Positions 1-38,033 are shown, numbered from the stretch's first letter. The stretch: DNA of 64,000 nt from Eledone cirrhosa (GCA_964016885.1 OZ024758.1:13578001-13642000); one strand, 5' to 3'. Translations and numbers: made by a program. Notes: generated from the sequence alone by a model not told the origin.

Positions 1-90
1 TCCCCACCCCCAAAATTGCTGGCCTTGTGCCTATATAAGAAACCATTGTTATAATATATATTCACAAACAAACCTGTTCTAATTTTTCAG

Positions 91-24729
<24,639 letters not shown>

Positions 24730-24793
24730 AAGCTAACCATGGCCTGCAGGATTCTTTAAGGTTAGTAATGGCTGTTGAACAGTCATATTGGCT

Positions 24794-24799
24794 AATAAA
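24794..24799 (+). terminator. Putative polyadenylation signal of the saposin gene
   Basis: AATAAA 65 nt after the stop, followed by a T-rich stretch. Confidence 0.6.
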
Positions 24800-24929
24800 G
24801 AAATGAAAACTGAGAAACTATTTCCTTTTTCTTTTCTTTTATTTTTATCCAAGTTAATTTCAATTTTTATATATCTATCTATATCTCTATTCTCTATCTA
24901 TCTATGAATATATATATATATCTTCTTCT

Positions 24930-25375
24930 TTGTCCACTTATACCTGAGAGGGTCATGGGGGCAGAGTCTTCAAACACTCCTTCCGGTGGGCCCTGTCAGA
25001 AGCAACCATCTCTAACTGATCCGGCTGGATCCCCAAGCGAGACCAGCCAAGTTCATGGATGTTATCCAACCATTTTGCTTGTGGTCTACCCCTGGGTCTC
25101 CTGCTAGTTGGTTTTGCCCGTAAAATCTGTCCAGCGATTCTTTCCCCGAGACATTCTAACCACATGTCCATAGTATTGGAGCTGTGATCTCTCAATTCAG
25201 AGAAGTAGTGGCTCTACCTGGAATGACTCTGTAATCTCCGAGCTGCACACTCTGTCGAGTAACATTACTCCAAAGACCCTTTGGAGGAACCCACTAGTAT
25301 TTGCGATCGTATTCTTTTGGTCATTACCCAAGATTCACGAACATAGGTAACAGTTGGCATGAATACTGAATTGAA
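24930..25375 (-). mobile_element. RTE-clade LINE 3' fragment
   Basis: SQLQYYGHVVRM...RRPRGRPQAKWLD, frameshifted. Confidence 0.8.
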
Positions 25376-25794
25376 GATATATATATATATAATAATGAGA
25401 ATTGAATTTTAAAATCTTCACCCCTATTGCGTACCTGGTTTAGAATAGGTACACTCTATCCCTGCATGCCATAGGAAACAAGAAAAAGGGTTAGTGTTGG
25501 GAAGGGCATCTTGCCTCAAAAAGTCTTGTCCAACTCATACCAGCATAGAAATAGCAATGATAAATGATACTAATGTTTTCTTAGCATTTAAACCGACCAT
25601 ATCTGGCCAGAATTCTTTCACCTCTTTCTGTTCAAACCGGTTGTAACTGGCCACTCATACTGATGTTAAGGTATTGTTCTCAAAATAAATAACATCAAAA
25701 TATTGTAGATTTGATATTATGTGAGGTAATTATGTAAAATTACCTCACATAATATCCACAAAAATACAATAATATATATAAAGTAATGTAAATA

Positions 25795-26600
25795 TAGAGT
25801 AATATATATATGAGTAATATATATATATGAGTAATATATATATGAGTAATATATATATATATATGAGTAATATATATATGAGTAATATATATATATATGA
25901 GTAATATATATATATATGAGTAATATATATATATATGAGTAATATATATATATATGAGTAATATATATATATATGAGTAATATATATATATATGAGTAAT
26001 ATATATATATATATGAGTAATATATATATATATGAGTAATATATATATATATATGAGTAATATATATATATATGAGTAATATATATATATATGAGTAATA
26101 TATATATATATATGAGTAATATATATATATATGAGTAATATATATATATATGAGTAATATATATATATATGAGTAATATATATATGAGTAATATATATAT
26201 GAGTAATATATATGAACAAGTAAGACTTCGACGGCTAATTCTAAAACAGAATTAGCCGTCGAAACGGCTTGAGCTCAGCCGTCGGGGTCTTACTTGTTCC
26301 TATTACCCACTCTACTACCCTAAGTATTGAGTACTTTGGTGCGTTATGGTCCACCTGGTTCCTTACCACATTTCCTTCGTTATGAGTAATATATATATAT
26401 ATGAGTAATATATATATATATGAGTAATATATATATATATGAGTAATATATATATATATGAGTAATATATATATATATGAGTAATATATATATATATGAG
26501 TAATATATATATATATATGAGTAATATATATATATATATGAGTAATATATATATATATGAGTAATATATATATTACTCATATATATATATATAATGTAAA
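25795..26600. repeat. (TA)nTGAGTAA satellite interrupted by a family B element
   Basis: Seen directly. Confidence 0.9.
26214..26383 (+). mobile_element. Family B hairpin-plus-tail element
   Basis: GC-rich hairpin and tail tattacccactctac...gtattgagtact...gtgcgttatgg; related copies at 36597-36790 and 37135-37380. Confidence 0.6.
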
Positions 26601-26911
26601 TATAGATTAATATATATAGAGTAATGTAAATGCTAAAGGGTTAAATTAATAATAATAATATCTTCATTTAACATTCATATTTACCATGCTATCATAATTC
26701 TATTTTACTTACATTTTACCATTTTTCATCAGTCGCACTTCGTTTGTTTTTCTGGAGCTTAAAAAAATTATTTTGAAATTGTAGATTTTTAAAAGAAGTT
26801 TTAAACAATTTTTAATTTTCAGTATTTGAAACTTTGCATTCAGCCTTTCAGATAACATTTGAACCCCTTTAATTTCTGTGTTGATCTCATTAAAGATCAA
26901 TTGAATTAAAC

Positions 26912-27439
26912 CAGAGGTTCTCAAACTTTTTCGTCGACCCTCAGTGCACCCCGACCCTAGTTGCAGAAAGACCTACCTACACACAAATTGTAAATAATAT
27001 ATAATAAATAAAATTGTTAATTTATATATAATTGTTTCTACATTTGGCACAAGGCCAGCAATTACCTAGTGCATTACTGGTACTTCATCTTATCTATCCC
27101 CTAAGGATGAAAGGCAAAGTTAACCTTGGCGGGATTTGAACTCAGACTGTAAAGGGACGTAACTATGCTAGAAAGCATGGTGTCCAACCCTCTACCGATA
27201 CTACCAATTCACCGCCCTTAATTTATATGTAATAAATAATATAATATATACTATGTGTAAATAAATATTATATATTTTTATTTAACTATATATATATATA
27301 ATATGTATCATTTGATTTTTAATATACTATTATATCATCTATACCCCATCCCCCACTGCCCCCTTGTGACCCAGCGGATCCTCTCAACACCCACGGGGGG
27401 GGGGGGGGGGGGCAATAGCACCTACTTTGAGAACCTCTG
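26912..27439. mobile_element. hAT-type MITE with a nested SINE (~27030-27218, minus strand)
   Basis: TIR CAGAGGTTCTCAAA / TTTGAGAACCTCTG; degenerate 8-bp TSD aattaaac / aattatat. Confidence 0.75.
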
Positions 27440-27442
27440 AAT

Positions 27443-27478
<36 letters not shown>

Positions 27479-27525
27479 TCATCATTATCGTTTAACGTCC
27501 ATCTTCCATGATATATATATATAAA

Positions 27526-27872
27526 TGTACAATATATTAATAAATGGAAACTATATTTATAAAACCATAATTATTTTATTATATATATTTCAAGGGTACC
27601 AAGGTAGATTATGGTGCACTTTCATCAGATAAAATACAGATTTGTTTTATAAATAAATATTGACATACCTGGAAAAAAGACAACCTCAACGGTTGGTAAT
27701 CTACTGTGGTACCCTTGAAATATATATAATAAAATAATTATGGTTTTATAAATATAGTTTCCATTTATTAATATATTGTATATTTACTCCACTAACTTAT
27801 TGAGTGCTTTATATCAGTTATAAACAATTTTTTAAGCTTGTTGAATCCCAACAAGTTAAATATAACCTCTGC
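27526..27872 (+). mobile_element. Family A palindromic element, right arm partly deleted
   Basis: Same arm sequence (aataaatggaaactatatttataaaaccat) and tail (ttgagtgcttttatatcagttataaa...cccaacaa); TA repeats on both flanks. Confidence 0.65.
27572..27636 (-). ncRNA. Hammerhead ribozyme motif (family A)
   Basis: Minus strand: UAUUUUAU CUGAUGA aag u gcacca...ugguac c cuu GAAA uauauaua | AUAAAAUA. Confidence 0.72.
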
Positions 27873-28014
27873 ATATATATATATTTTGTTATGGCTAAGT
27901 GATGAGCCTTGTTACTTTGGAGTTTCAGATGAATGAAGCTACAAAGTAACAAGGCTCACCACTTAGCTGTAGTAAATGAATATTTAAACTCTTCTTTGTT
28001 TGTCAATAACACGT

Positions 28015-28127
<113 letters not shown>

Positions 28128-28319
28128 CTGAGAAAAGCAAAGAGTGTTTGAGACTCGTGACAAAAGAAGCCTTCAGCATGTCCAAAATATAATGGATGAA
28201 AATAAATGGTAAACTGCATGTAATATGGAATGACATTGAAATAACAATAATGGAATATGTTTGAGTTGTATTTCTCTAGTAATAATGTCTCTGATCAAGA
28301 CATTATTACAGTATTTTCT

Positions 28320-28937
28320 GCTCGGGATATACCCCTGGGTCTCCTGCCAGTTTGTTTTGCCTGTGAAATCTGTCCAGTGATTCTTTCCTGAGACATTCTA
28401 ACCACATGTCCATAGTATTGGAGCTGTGGTCTCCCAATTCGGAGAAGTAGCAGCTCTACCTGGAATGACCCTCTGGTCTCCAAGCTACAAATCTGTCCTG
28501 TGATTCTTTCCTGAGACATTCTAACCACATGTCCATAGTATTGGAGCTGTGGTCTCCCAATTCGGAGAAGTAGCAGCTCTACCTGGAATGACCCTCTGGT
28601 CTCCAAGCTACAAATCTGTCCTGTGATTCTTTCCTGAGACATTCTAACCACATGTCCATAGTATTGGAGCTGTGGTCTCCCAATTCGGAGAAGTAGCAGC
28701 TCTACCTGGAATGACCCTCTGGTCTCCAAGCTACAAATCTGTCCAGTAATTCTTTCCCGAGATATTCTAACCACATGTCCATAGTATTGGAGCTGTGGTC
28801 TCTCAATTCGGAGAAGTAGTGTCTCTACCTGGAGTGACTCTCTGATCTCCGAGCAATGCACTCTATCAGGTAAACTTACTCTAAAGACCCTTCAGAGGAA
28901 CCCTCATTTCGGCCGTTTGTATTTGCGATCATATTCT
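28320..28937 (-). mobile_element. RTE LINE fragment with internal 120-bp tandem repeats
   Basis: Repeated LLLRIGRPQLQYYGHVVRMSQERI, ending GRRPRG. Confidence 0.8.
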
Positions 28938-29392
28938 ATATTTTTCTTTTTAATTAAAATTATTTACTTAACATGTAACACCACATACTTGCATGAAACT
29001 AAATTATTCTATAATTAACCTTGTTAATGATCTTGTGTTATTAAATTAATTTATTTATTTATTCTTTTTCTTTGCAGTTCATCAAACTTTGTTAAGCCAA
29101 ACCAGTTGAAGTTTCCTTAATTTCTTAAATTTTATACTTAAATACTTACTCTAACTAGCTTCACTTTTTATCTCTCTCTCTTAATATCACATATTTTATC
29201 ACTGTAAATTTTACCACTCAAATCCAGTTTTATATTCTAGAAACTTCTCTCCGTTTTGAAAAATTAAATAAAATATTTTCTTTTCTAAAATTGTTGTTTT
29301 ATTTTTGCTTATTAAAATAATAACTTTAACTTTATTGAAATAAATTCTAAATTCTACTACGTTTTCTGTGGAAGAATTTGTCTCTATATCAG

Positions 29393-29601
29393 TCACATCT
29401 TTTATGAGATGTGACACCTTTTATGAGATGTCACACACCTTTCATGAGATGTCACACATCTTTCATGAGATGTCACACATCTTTCATGAGATGTCACACA
29501 TCTTTCATGAGATGTCACACACCTTTTATGAGATGTCACAGATCTTTCATGAGATGTCAAACACCTTTCACGAGACGTCACACACCTTTCATCAGATGTG
29601 A
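29393..29601. repeat. 21-bp minisatellite
   Basis: ctttcatgagatgtcacacat, about 10 copies. Confidence 0.9.
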
Positions 29602-30000
29602 CATTTCCATCCAGTCTGACAAAAGAGTGGCAGTCAGAGGACTATTCTCTTTTCTTGTTTTATCCCGTAACTCCTGAGGGAGTCATGGGGGTGCCACATG
29701 CAATATTTCTAGGACATTTTTTAAAATCTGGCAGATCCCATCTCTTCTCCAGGCTTGAATGCAGCAGATTTCTTCTTCCAGAGAAGGATAGAGAGTGAGA
29801 AAGAGATATAGAAGAATCTACCCCCAGTACTAGACTGGTACTTATATATATATATGGGGTCGATTCTTCTTCTAGAATCGACCCCAGTACATGACTGGTA
29901 CCTTTTTTATCAACCTTGAATGGATGAAAGAAACAGTTAACCTCAGCAGGATTTGAACCCAGAGAGCATTCTATCCTACATTCCGATGACTCTACCAATT

Positions 30001-30335
30001 TGCTGTCCCAGGGGACACTCTACCCTAGGGGACTATTAGAGTATACATTAAATTGAAACTATTTGCTTAAGTCAATACAGTGTTAGTCAACTAACTGAAT
30101 AGTGATATTAGTATCCAATCACCAATGCTGTTAGATACTTCAGTGTCACTAGTTTAATCCAAAGAGATGCTGTCCCAGGGGACACTCTACCCTAGGGGAC
30201 TATTAGAGTATACATTAAATTGAAACTATTTGCTTAAGTCAATACAGTGTTAGTCAACTAACTGAATAGTGATATTAGTATCCAATCACCAGTGCTGTTA
30301 GATACTTCAGTGTTACTAGTTTAATCCAAAGAGAT
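30001..30335. repeat. 167-bp tandem duplication
   Basis: tgctgtcccaggggacactc... at 30001 and 30168. Confidence 0.9.
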
Positions 30336-31018
30336 ATAGTTACTTTGATATGAAAGCTCATAACTGTAGACAGTTAAGTCTAAAGTCTGTCTTAAGCCAG
30401 AAGGATCATTATGCTGGTGCTTATCTTGGTTCCATAGTGTGAAGTGACAGAGTATAGACTCCCCCCCCCCCCCCTTGGACAGGACGCCTGTACATCAGTT
30501 AAACTCCAAGATATTGCTGGTAATTATTTTTAGCTGAGTATACTGGAGCAATGTGAAATGAAATGTTTTGCTCAAGAACACAGCAAACAACCCGGTCCAG
30601 GATTCGAACCCACAACATTATGATCGTGAAGTCTAACACCCTTACCACTAGGCCACGGGCCTCCACAGACAGCTATAGACACATAATTTGAATTTTTCTC
30701 TTCACCTTTTCATTCAACACAAATTGGATGGTATGTTTTGTCTAAAGTCTGTCTTGAGACCCGGGTCTCATTAGACCGGTGCTTGTCCCAGTTTCTGTGG
30801 TGTGAAGTGACTGAGTACACGGCACTCCCCATGGACAGGACACCAGTCCATCGCGGGTCCCAAATAATAGCGGTAGGTGGTGGTGGTGGTGGTGGTGTGG
30901 AAAATCGGTAATTTTTCTAGGTTGTCTCCGTTGATTTAAAAAAAACTCAGAATTAGTCGTTTATAAGACCCCAATCCATCCTATTTATTTTATAATGTAT
31001 GGGATTTCTAATAATCTA

Positions 31019-31404
31019 CAGGGTGGTCTGAAAGTCTTGTCACCGCCTACCAAAAAGTAATGAGAAACAGTTTATGTTCCCATCGCAGTATCGTCCCCTT
31101 CGGAGGAGCTGGTTTGCCGAATCTTGCAGTGAAGTCATTTCACACATGCTCTTGCCAGAATGCACACGACCATGTGTCCATACACTTGCAAGCAGCCTCT
31201 CTTCCAAACTGTTGGAGCTCTGAAATAGAAAATTATATTATATATTATAGTATTAAAACAAAAAATAATTGTTTCTACTTTTGGCTCAAGGCCAGCAATT
31301 ACCCAATTGCATTACTGGTACTTTATTCTATCGACCCTGGAAGGATGAAAGGCAAAAAATAATGAAAGTTAAAACAATATGTGACAAGACTTCGGACCAC
31401 CCTG
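31019..31404. mobile_element. Tc1/mariner-type MITE containing a SINE fragment
   Basis: TA|CAGGGTGGTCTGAAAGTCTTGTCAC...GTGACAAGACTTCGGACCACCCTG|TA. Confidence 0.8.
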
Positions 31405-31963
31405 TACCTTTTTTGTCATGTATGTCTTTCAATGTCTAAAGAAAATTGTTGCAGGAATGTTACCACTTAACATAAGATTTCACCCGAGATATATTAGCGG
31501 AGAGGGGTGGTGCAAGTTGCAATAAGAGCGGGGGGTAAGGCCTTGGAAAAAATCTGAAAAATTAATAAACTGGGGAAGAGGACGATTGTCCATTATATAC
31601 AAAGAGGGTCGGACGCCATGCTTTCCAGCATAGTTACGTCCCTTTACGGTCTGAGTTCAAATCCCGTCGAGTTTAACTTTGCCTTTCATCCTTACGGGGT
31701 CGATAAACTGAAGTACCAATCATGTACTGATTAATTGCTGGCCTTGTGCCAAAAGTAGAAACAATTATATACAAAGATACACAGAAGAAAAAGAAATTAG
31801 TTATTTAAAAATATATTTAAGTAAAGAACGCGCCTCTATTTTGTCCATTTGTGCGAAAGTAAAACGCCAAACTGTTTGTTTGTTGTATATTGAAATAAAA
31901 CGAATAGAAGAGAGAAGGAAAAAAAAAAACCAATTATTAATTTTTTTTCACCGCTTATCAATT

Positions 31964-32887
31964 ATGTTATGCTGGAAAAAAACGATCCCTTTTGAGAAAG
32001 CAGCTTGTTTGAAATCTTCCAGACATATCCAGACCCTTTTTGAAATAAGTTTTAAAGAAACAAAAGTTAATTTAGAAGTAACAAATTTCGATAAAGATTG
32101 CTCAAACGAATTTTTAACTAAATGGAAAAAAAATATTCCATTCGTTAGCCCCATGCCACCTTCTAAATTAAAGCCTACCATTGGTTTTATACCATGTGGG
32201 TTAGTGAACAAATTTAAAAGGAAGAAAAATAGGACTGATACTTACGGTAATCTAAAACATATGGTGAACCCACAGACAAGTGATTACATACCATTGAACG
32301 GAATTTACCAAAATGAAAAGCTTATTAAAATAAAAGCTAACCAAAAAAGACGACCGCGACTTGTAATCCCTCTAAATAAGCCAAGCATACATCAACGCTT
32401 CTTAAAGATAACAGAAAATAACAAACCAAATCAATCAACAGCAAATTTATTGATACTTAGACGAAAATTTGGAGGTCTATTGACCGATATTAAAAAATTA
32501 CATTTGAAAAATGAAAATATAACCACGCCTTTAAGTCCTAGTGTGAAGAAATCACACATAAGCCGATGCCATGCAAGTGTGCATGCTTTTAATGTGCAGG
32601 CAAAACCATTTGAAAATATTCGACAATATTCGGAATCAGAAAATAATTTATATCAAAATATCAATGAAAAATTAAAAAATAAAGATGATGTTAACTTAAG
32701 AAAGCTTGACGTCACCATACGAGATTTTCTTGTACCACAAATGAAATTTGAAAGCATGAAAATGTCTTCATATAATAAGAAAATGCCTGTTTCTCCAAGA
32801 AAACTGAAAGAGAGCATTCAAATAAAAAGTGAAAAAACTCTGTCTGATAAAATTCAAGTGAAAGGGCTTTCGTACCGAATTCCCTGA
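31964..32887 (+). CDS. Uncharacterised intronless basic (Lys/Asn-rich) protein, 307 aa
   Basis: Non-repetitive open frame of 924 bp from the first ATG (MLCWKKTIPFEK...SYRIP*) in AT-rich DNA; no domain recognised. Confidence 0.6.
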   Translation: MLCWKKTIPFEKAACLKSSRHIQTLFEISFKETKVNLEVTNFDKDCSNEFLTKWKKNIPFVSPMPPSKLKPTIGFIPCGLVNKFKRKKNRTDTYGNLKHMVNPQTSDYIPLNGIYQNEKLIKIKANQKRRPRLVIPLNKPSIHQRFLKITENNKPNQSTANLLILRRKFGGLLTDIKKLHLKNENITTPLSPSVKKSHISRCHASVHAFNVQAKPFENIRQYSESENNLYQNINEKLKNKDDVNLRKLDVTIRDFLVPQMKFESMKMSSYNKKMPVSPRKLKESIQIKSEKTLSDKIQVKGLSYRIP

Positions 32888-33096
32888 TTCTTCTTGCATA
32901 ATGTGGTAAGTTAAAACGAAATAGAAAATTAAATCTTATTTTATAATTTTTAACTTCTTTTTATTATGGACTCATCTTTCTATATACTGTGGAAATAAGT
33001 ATGATGACTGAATAAATATGTACACATATATTGGTCTGAACATAATGGAATCAAATTCCATTGCTGTGAAAATTTGCGGGAAACTAAAGTAAAGAC

Positions 33097-33435
33097 TATT
33101 GATATATTTGGGGAGGGTCATATTGCCAGAAATATATAATAAAACACACACTATTTGGTTTTCGCTTCTGTATATTTTATATTTCTATAATTAATTCAGC
33201 TGGCAATCAATGTTTATAATTGATTGACCAACAGTTGAATATATAGATATAAATGTAATTTCTATATACATTTCTAACTGTTGATTAATCAATGATAAAT
33301 ATTGATTGCCAGCTGAATTAATTATAGAAATATAAAATATACTGAAGCGAAAACCAACCCAAACTAAACAGTGAGTATGTTTTACTATATATTTCTGGCA
33401 ATATTATAACATAACCCTCCCCAAATATAACAATA
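33097..33435. mobile_element. Foldback/MITE-like long inverted repeat
   Basis: Ends atatttggggagggt...accctccccaaatat with long internal inverted arms; the right end recurs at ~60980-61040. Confidence 0.65.
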
Positions 33436-34507
33436 TTTACAAGTAAGTATGTTTTGAAACAACGAACAAGTTTGAAAATTAGAAATAGAAGATTTCGCCG
33501 TATACGTCAATACTCATCTTTTTCCATTTCTTTGATAGTTCTAAACCCCACTTTCTGGCTAAAATTTCTTTAGTAAAAAAAAAAAATATGGTGAAAGCTT
33601 CTATTTCTAATTTTTAATAACAATATTTGTTTCAACACGATTTCATAACAAAAACCTTGCAAAACAAATTCATCGCCCTTAAAGTAAAGACTTTCAATAC
33701 AAAATGGAGGCAAATTTTGGAATAAATTGAAGGCAACAAAGATGTTGGTGCCTTACCTGTAAATAAAATAACAGGTAAGACACCAACATCTTCGTTGCGA
33801 GTCAGTACTTTATTCCGGACACCAACTGTTAAGAAGCTTCCCAGCAACCATGCAACATACATTTTGAGAAAAATCTTTGCCTGATTCTGGCCCCAAAGAG
33901 GTCTTGTACCGCCTTACACAATTTCTTTTGGGGGGCGCTGCCCGAAGGCTGGTGAGGGAGACGCGCTGGAAAATCCATTCCTAGGGCTAAGAACACCACA
34001 AGTCTCCACCTTCATATACTAGTTTCGTCGGCATAGCAGACATTGCATGGAAAACATCAATAAGTCGTACCCGTTCTATTTGGAAACAATTGTTGTATTT
34101 ATGACTAAGATAGGTAGACAGACAGACAGATAGCTAGAGAGACAGATAGGTATGTAGATAGACAGACAGATAGAGAGATGGTTGTATGTATTTGGACAAG
34201 TTAAAAGTGTGCTGATTCAAAGATTCCTATCTCGCTATGTCAACGTAGTTGTTTGAATATATTTGACTGATAATTACTCAGTGCACCTGTCTGTAAACAG
34301 GTGACAGGTTGACATATTGAGCAACTTAACGGCGGAAAAACAACAAAAGAAGTATTTCGTTTGTTTTCGAGACTGAAATTCTTTTCGTTCCAGTAAAATA
34401 TAGTCAGCATTGTAGAATAGCGACGATAAAATGGTCAGCAACTCGCTTATTATACTTTCACATTGAAAAACACACAATTGGGTACTTTTATCATAAGTCA
34501 TCGCAGC

Positions 34508-34787
34508 CAGAGGTGTGACTAGGGTATGGCAAGAATGGCACGTGCCACGGGCGACACTAGGACCAGGAACATGTTCTATTAAAGTTAAATAAGTCTCGTC
34601 GGAGAGTGAAAAACGAAACTCCTTCAGATGTATGATCTGTCTTTGATTATCATGTGAGAAGAACTATGATGGCTGGATCATTAAACCATTTACATAACTT
34701 AGGCCCCTAGGTAAAAATACAGTGCTGGGTAGGGGCACAATTTCATTGCTTCCCATATGGGGCGATTTTCCCCTAGTTATGCCTCTG
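34508..34787. mobile_element. hAT-like MITE
   Basis: TIR cagaggtgtgactaggg / ccctagttatgcctctg; flanks share gcagc. Confidence 0.55.
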
Positions 34788-35293
34788 GCTGCAGCTCAGC
34801 TTAGGTCATTTTTCTACAACTCCCACAAAGAAACAAAAACGATTGGGTAGAAGGATTGAATGTTTTTATAAAATGGATTATAAATCTTTTAAGTTTTATA
34901 CGTTCCAAGATCAAACCCTATCGAGGTTAGCTTTGCCCTTCATCCTGTCTGGGACACTAGTAGCCCCATTTCAATATCGACTTGGTCTATGTAGAAAGCT
35001 TGCCAAACAAAGGGTTGGGAGGACCCTTCAGTCATGTTAAAGACATGACAACCTCCCTAGTGTTGGTGATCTACATGATAAAAGCACCCAGTACACACTC
35101 TAAAGTGGTTGGTGATAGGAAGGGCATCCAGCTATAGAAGGCCTGCCAAACAAAGGTTTGGAGGTGTATCATTTCATTAGAAATGCGTCCACGAAAGAGT
35201 TAAACTCCAATTTGGTTTCTTGTCTAAATAAATATTATGTATTACTTTAAATTTGTGTGTACGATAGATATGTAGTTTTCTTTTCATGCTATA

Positions 35294-35458
35294 CAGTGAA
35301 ATTCCGTTATAACGAAATTCACGGGGTATAAAAAAATTCGTTGCAACGAAAAAAATTCTTTATAACGACATCGACCGAAACAAATCGAGCTGAAAAAAAA
35401 TTTCGCTATACTGAAAAATTCGTTATAATGGTATTCGTTGTAAAGGAATTTTACCTGT
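35294..35458. mobile_element. Tc1/pogo-like MITE
   Basis: ta cagtgaaattccgttataacgaa...ttcgttgtaaaggaattttacctg, with internal gttataacga repeats. Confidence 0.55.
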
Positions 35459-36009
35459 GGAGACTTCTGGTGTCCATGGCCCTCGGGCTACTTCCCAACT
35501 CACCACCATAGGCGCTGAGCTGGCTAGTCGCAGGTGTGAGCTTCGCGAGATGGATTGGCTCTTCCAGCGTATCTCCCTTACCATCCTCCCGGGGGAAACG
35601 CCTTCTCCATTCTGTCCGCCGGGGCTGTGAGGAGGCCAGCACGTGGGACCCTACTTGCTCACCATACGGAGAGATGGGGAGGGTGAGAGAGATGGAGGCG
35701 ATGACAGTGGGAGTTAGGCTCTTCCACGTTCGGACCATATCTTTGTGGTTGTCTTCATTAGGCAGTTAATGGGTCTGTTTATAGATTCAGCATGTTTTTT
35801 TCCTGTCTCATTCAGTTTTATGACCAAATTGACTCTCACCAAAATCTAAAATGTTTTTCATTTTGTTTTCCTTTTCAGTTGCGTTACGATTGCAGTCATT
35901 GGTCCAACAGCTCTTGACGTTGTCAAGATAAGAAATAAATAATGTGAACCTCTATAATTTCAAACTTAGATAATTTATGAAGCCACCGATTCCATATTCA
36001 TCACTTTAC

Positions 36010-36256
36010 GTTCTTCTTCTTTTTCTTTTTCTTTTTCTTCTTTCCTTCTTCTTCTTTTCTTCTTTTTCTTCTTCTTTTTCTTTTCCTTCTTTTCCTTCTT
36101 CTTCTCCTTCTTCTTCTTCTTCTTCTTCTTCTTCTTCTTCTTCTTCTTCTTCTCCTCCCCCTCCTCCTTCTGTTCCTTCTTCTTTTCCTTCTTCTTTTCC
36201 TTCTTCTTCTTCTTCTTCTTCTTCTTCTTCTTCTTCTTCTTCTTCTTCTTCTTCTT
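36010..36256. repeat. (CTT)n microsatellite
   Basis: Seen directly. Confidence 0.95.
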
Positions 36257-36596
36257 TGTCATCCACTTATTCCTAAGGAGGTCGTAGGTGGGTAAAGATC
36301 TCAAACAGTCCTTCCCGCAAGTTCTGTCCTGTCCGAAGAAACTGTCTTTATGTGTGTGTGTGAGTCTGTATTTACCTGTTGCTTACCAACCAGAGGTGTT
36401 AGATTCAATACAATTTGACAGATGTCGATAAATTAAAAACCAGGAATTAAAAGTCAGGACTGAGATTGATTTGACCAACTAAACCCAGTAAGAATCGTCA
36501 CCATCACCATCGTTTAACGTCCATCTTCCACGCGAGCATGGGTAATAATAATAATAATATATATATCTGATTCCATATCTATATCTATATCTATAT

Positions 36597-36786
36597 ATGA
36601 AAATGTTTAAGCCCGACGGCAGAGCTCAAGCCGTTTCGACGGCTATTTCTGTCCAGAAATAGCCGTCGAAACCGGCTTGAGCTCTGCCGCCGGGGTTAAA
36701 CATTTCATATTACCCACTCTACCACCTTAAGTATTGAGTACTCTGGTGCGTTATGGCCCATCTGGTTCCTTACTACACTTCCTTCG

Positions 36787-36790
<4 letters not shown>
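36597..36790 (+). mobile_element. Family B hairpin-plus-tail element
   Basis: Inverted arms centred near 36652; tail as in the 26214 copy. Confidence 0.6.
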
Positions 36791-36828
<38 letters not shown>

Positions 36829-37134
36829 GGCAGCGATAATGATGGACAGAGACCGCTGGAGAGAACTCGTCCATGGATCTCGGGAATTTTACCCGCCTTA
36901 TATATATATATATATATATATAGTAATAATAATAATAAATGCGAAGACTAAAATCCAAAGAGGGCTCGATAAGGATAAATATATATCGAATATATAAGAA
37001 CCGTAGAGCAAATATTTATTAAAATAACAGATTAAAGTTTAAGCAAAGAATCGCTGCTTTCACCCTTAACGGATCTTCTGAAAGCAGCGATTCCTTGCTT
37101 AAACTGTAATCTGTTATTTTAATATATATATATA

Positions 37135-37380
37135 ACAAAGAAGGTGTGGTAAGAAACTAGGTGGACCATAACGCACCAGAGTACTCGATACTTAGGGTAG
37201 TAGAGTGGGTAATATGAAAAGATTCAGGACCCCGACGGCTGAGTTCGGATCTAGCTGTCGAAACGGCCGGAGCTCAGCTGTCGGGGCCCTGACTCTTTTC
37301 CTATTACCCACTCTACTACCCTAAGTATCGAGTACTCTGGTGCGTTATGGTCCACCTGGTTTCTTACCACACTTTCTTTA
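37135..37380. mobile_element. Family B palindrome with the tail on both arms
   Basis: ~105-bp inverted arms (gtgtggtaagaaac...gtttcttaccacac). Confidence 0.6.
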
Positions 37381-37671
37381 TTAATAATTATCAATTAATT
37401 CTATCGTGCAATGGTTGTGCGTTAAGATATGTTTTAAAGTGAGGAAAGAGAGCCCATCCCACTCTCTGAGCGACAGTAACTATAACCCGAAAAGAAGAAA
37501 AGATCAACATCATCGGTAACTACTGAGCCGCAGGTTTTATATCGGAGTTATCCCAGTTTCCTGACTTGCCTTCTTCTAGAAGAATGCCCTGATAAAGGCT
37601 AGGGGGCTCCTTTACTCCCATATAAACATACATATATACATACATATAAGCATACATATATATATATATAC

Positions 37672-38033
37672 ACTGCCCACTTGATGTAAACGTTGTCAGA
37701 AAAATACAGGAGAAGGAGGACATCTACGGACCATTGATGAGGAGTTTACAAATCCAGTATCCAAGATACACCTTTAGTTTCATACCCATCATTATTGAAG
37801 CTACGGGTTATATACCAACCCGCTTGGACGAACGTATGACTGAACTTGGGTTTGCGGACAAAGAACGCAGCTCCCTAATTCATAGTCTACAAATGGCTGC
37901 GATAGCTGGCACCTTCAAAATTTGCAAAACATTCTTGCGATTCAAGGGATGACAATTTCTTTTCTTTTACAACCTTGCCACCAGGAAGGTGGCCGGTCAA
38001 AAAAATATACTCGAAATAAAGAGAACGAGATAA
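37672..38033 (+). mobile_element. 5'-truncated R4/Dong-like non-LTR retrotransposon (restriction-like endonuclease C-terminus)
   Basis: CPLDVNVVRKIQEKEDIYGPL...FIPIIIEATGYIP...LQMAAIAGTFKI; (TACA/TA)n on both flanks. Confidence 0.65.

Noticed and set aside
26700-26740. Hammerhead on the minus strand (CTGATGA near 26726), and CTGATGA at 8043
   Set aside because: No stem II, GAAA and stem III at a suitable spacing.
29560-29600. Hammerhead on the minus strand (CTGATGA...GAAA)
   Set aside because: Chance variant of the 21-bp minisatellite; stems II and III do not form.
35451-35769. GC-rich ORFs on both strands as a gene
   Set aside because: Short, no recognisable motif and no convincing splice context; more likely a repeat fragment I cannot classify.
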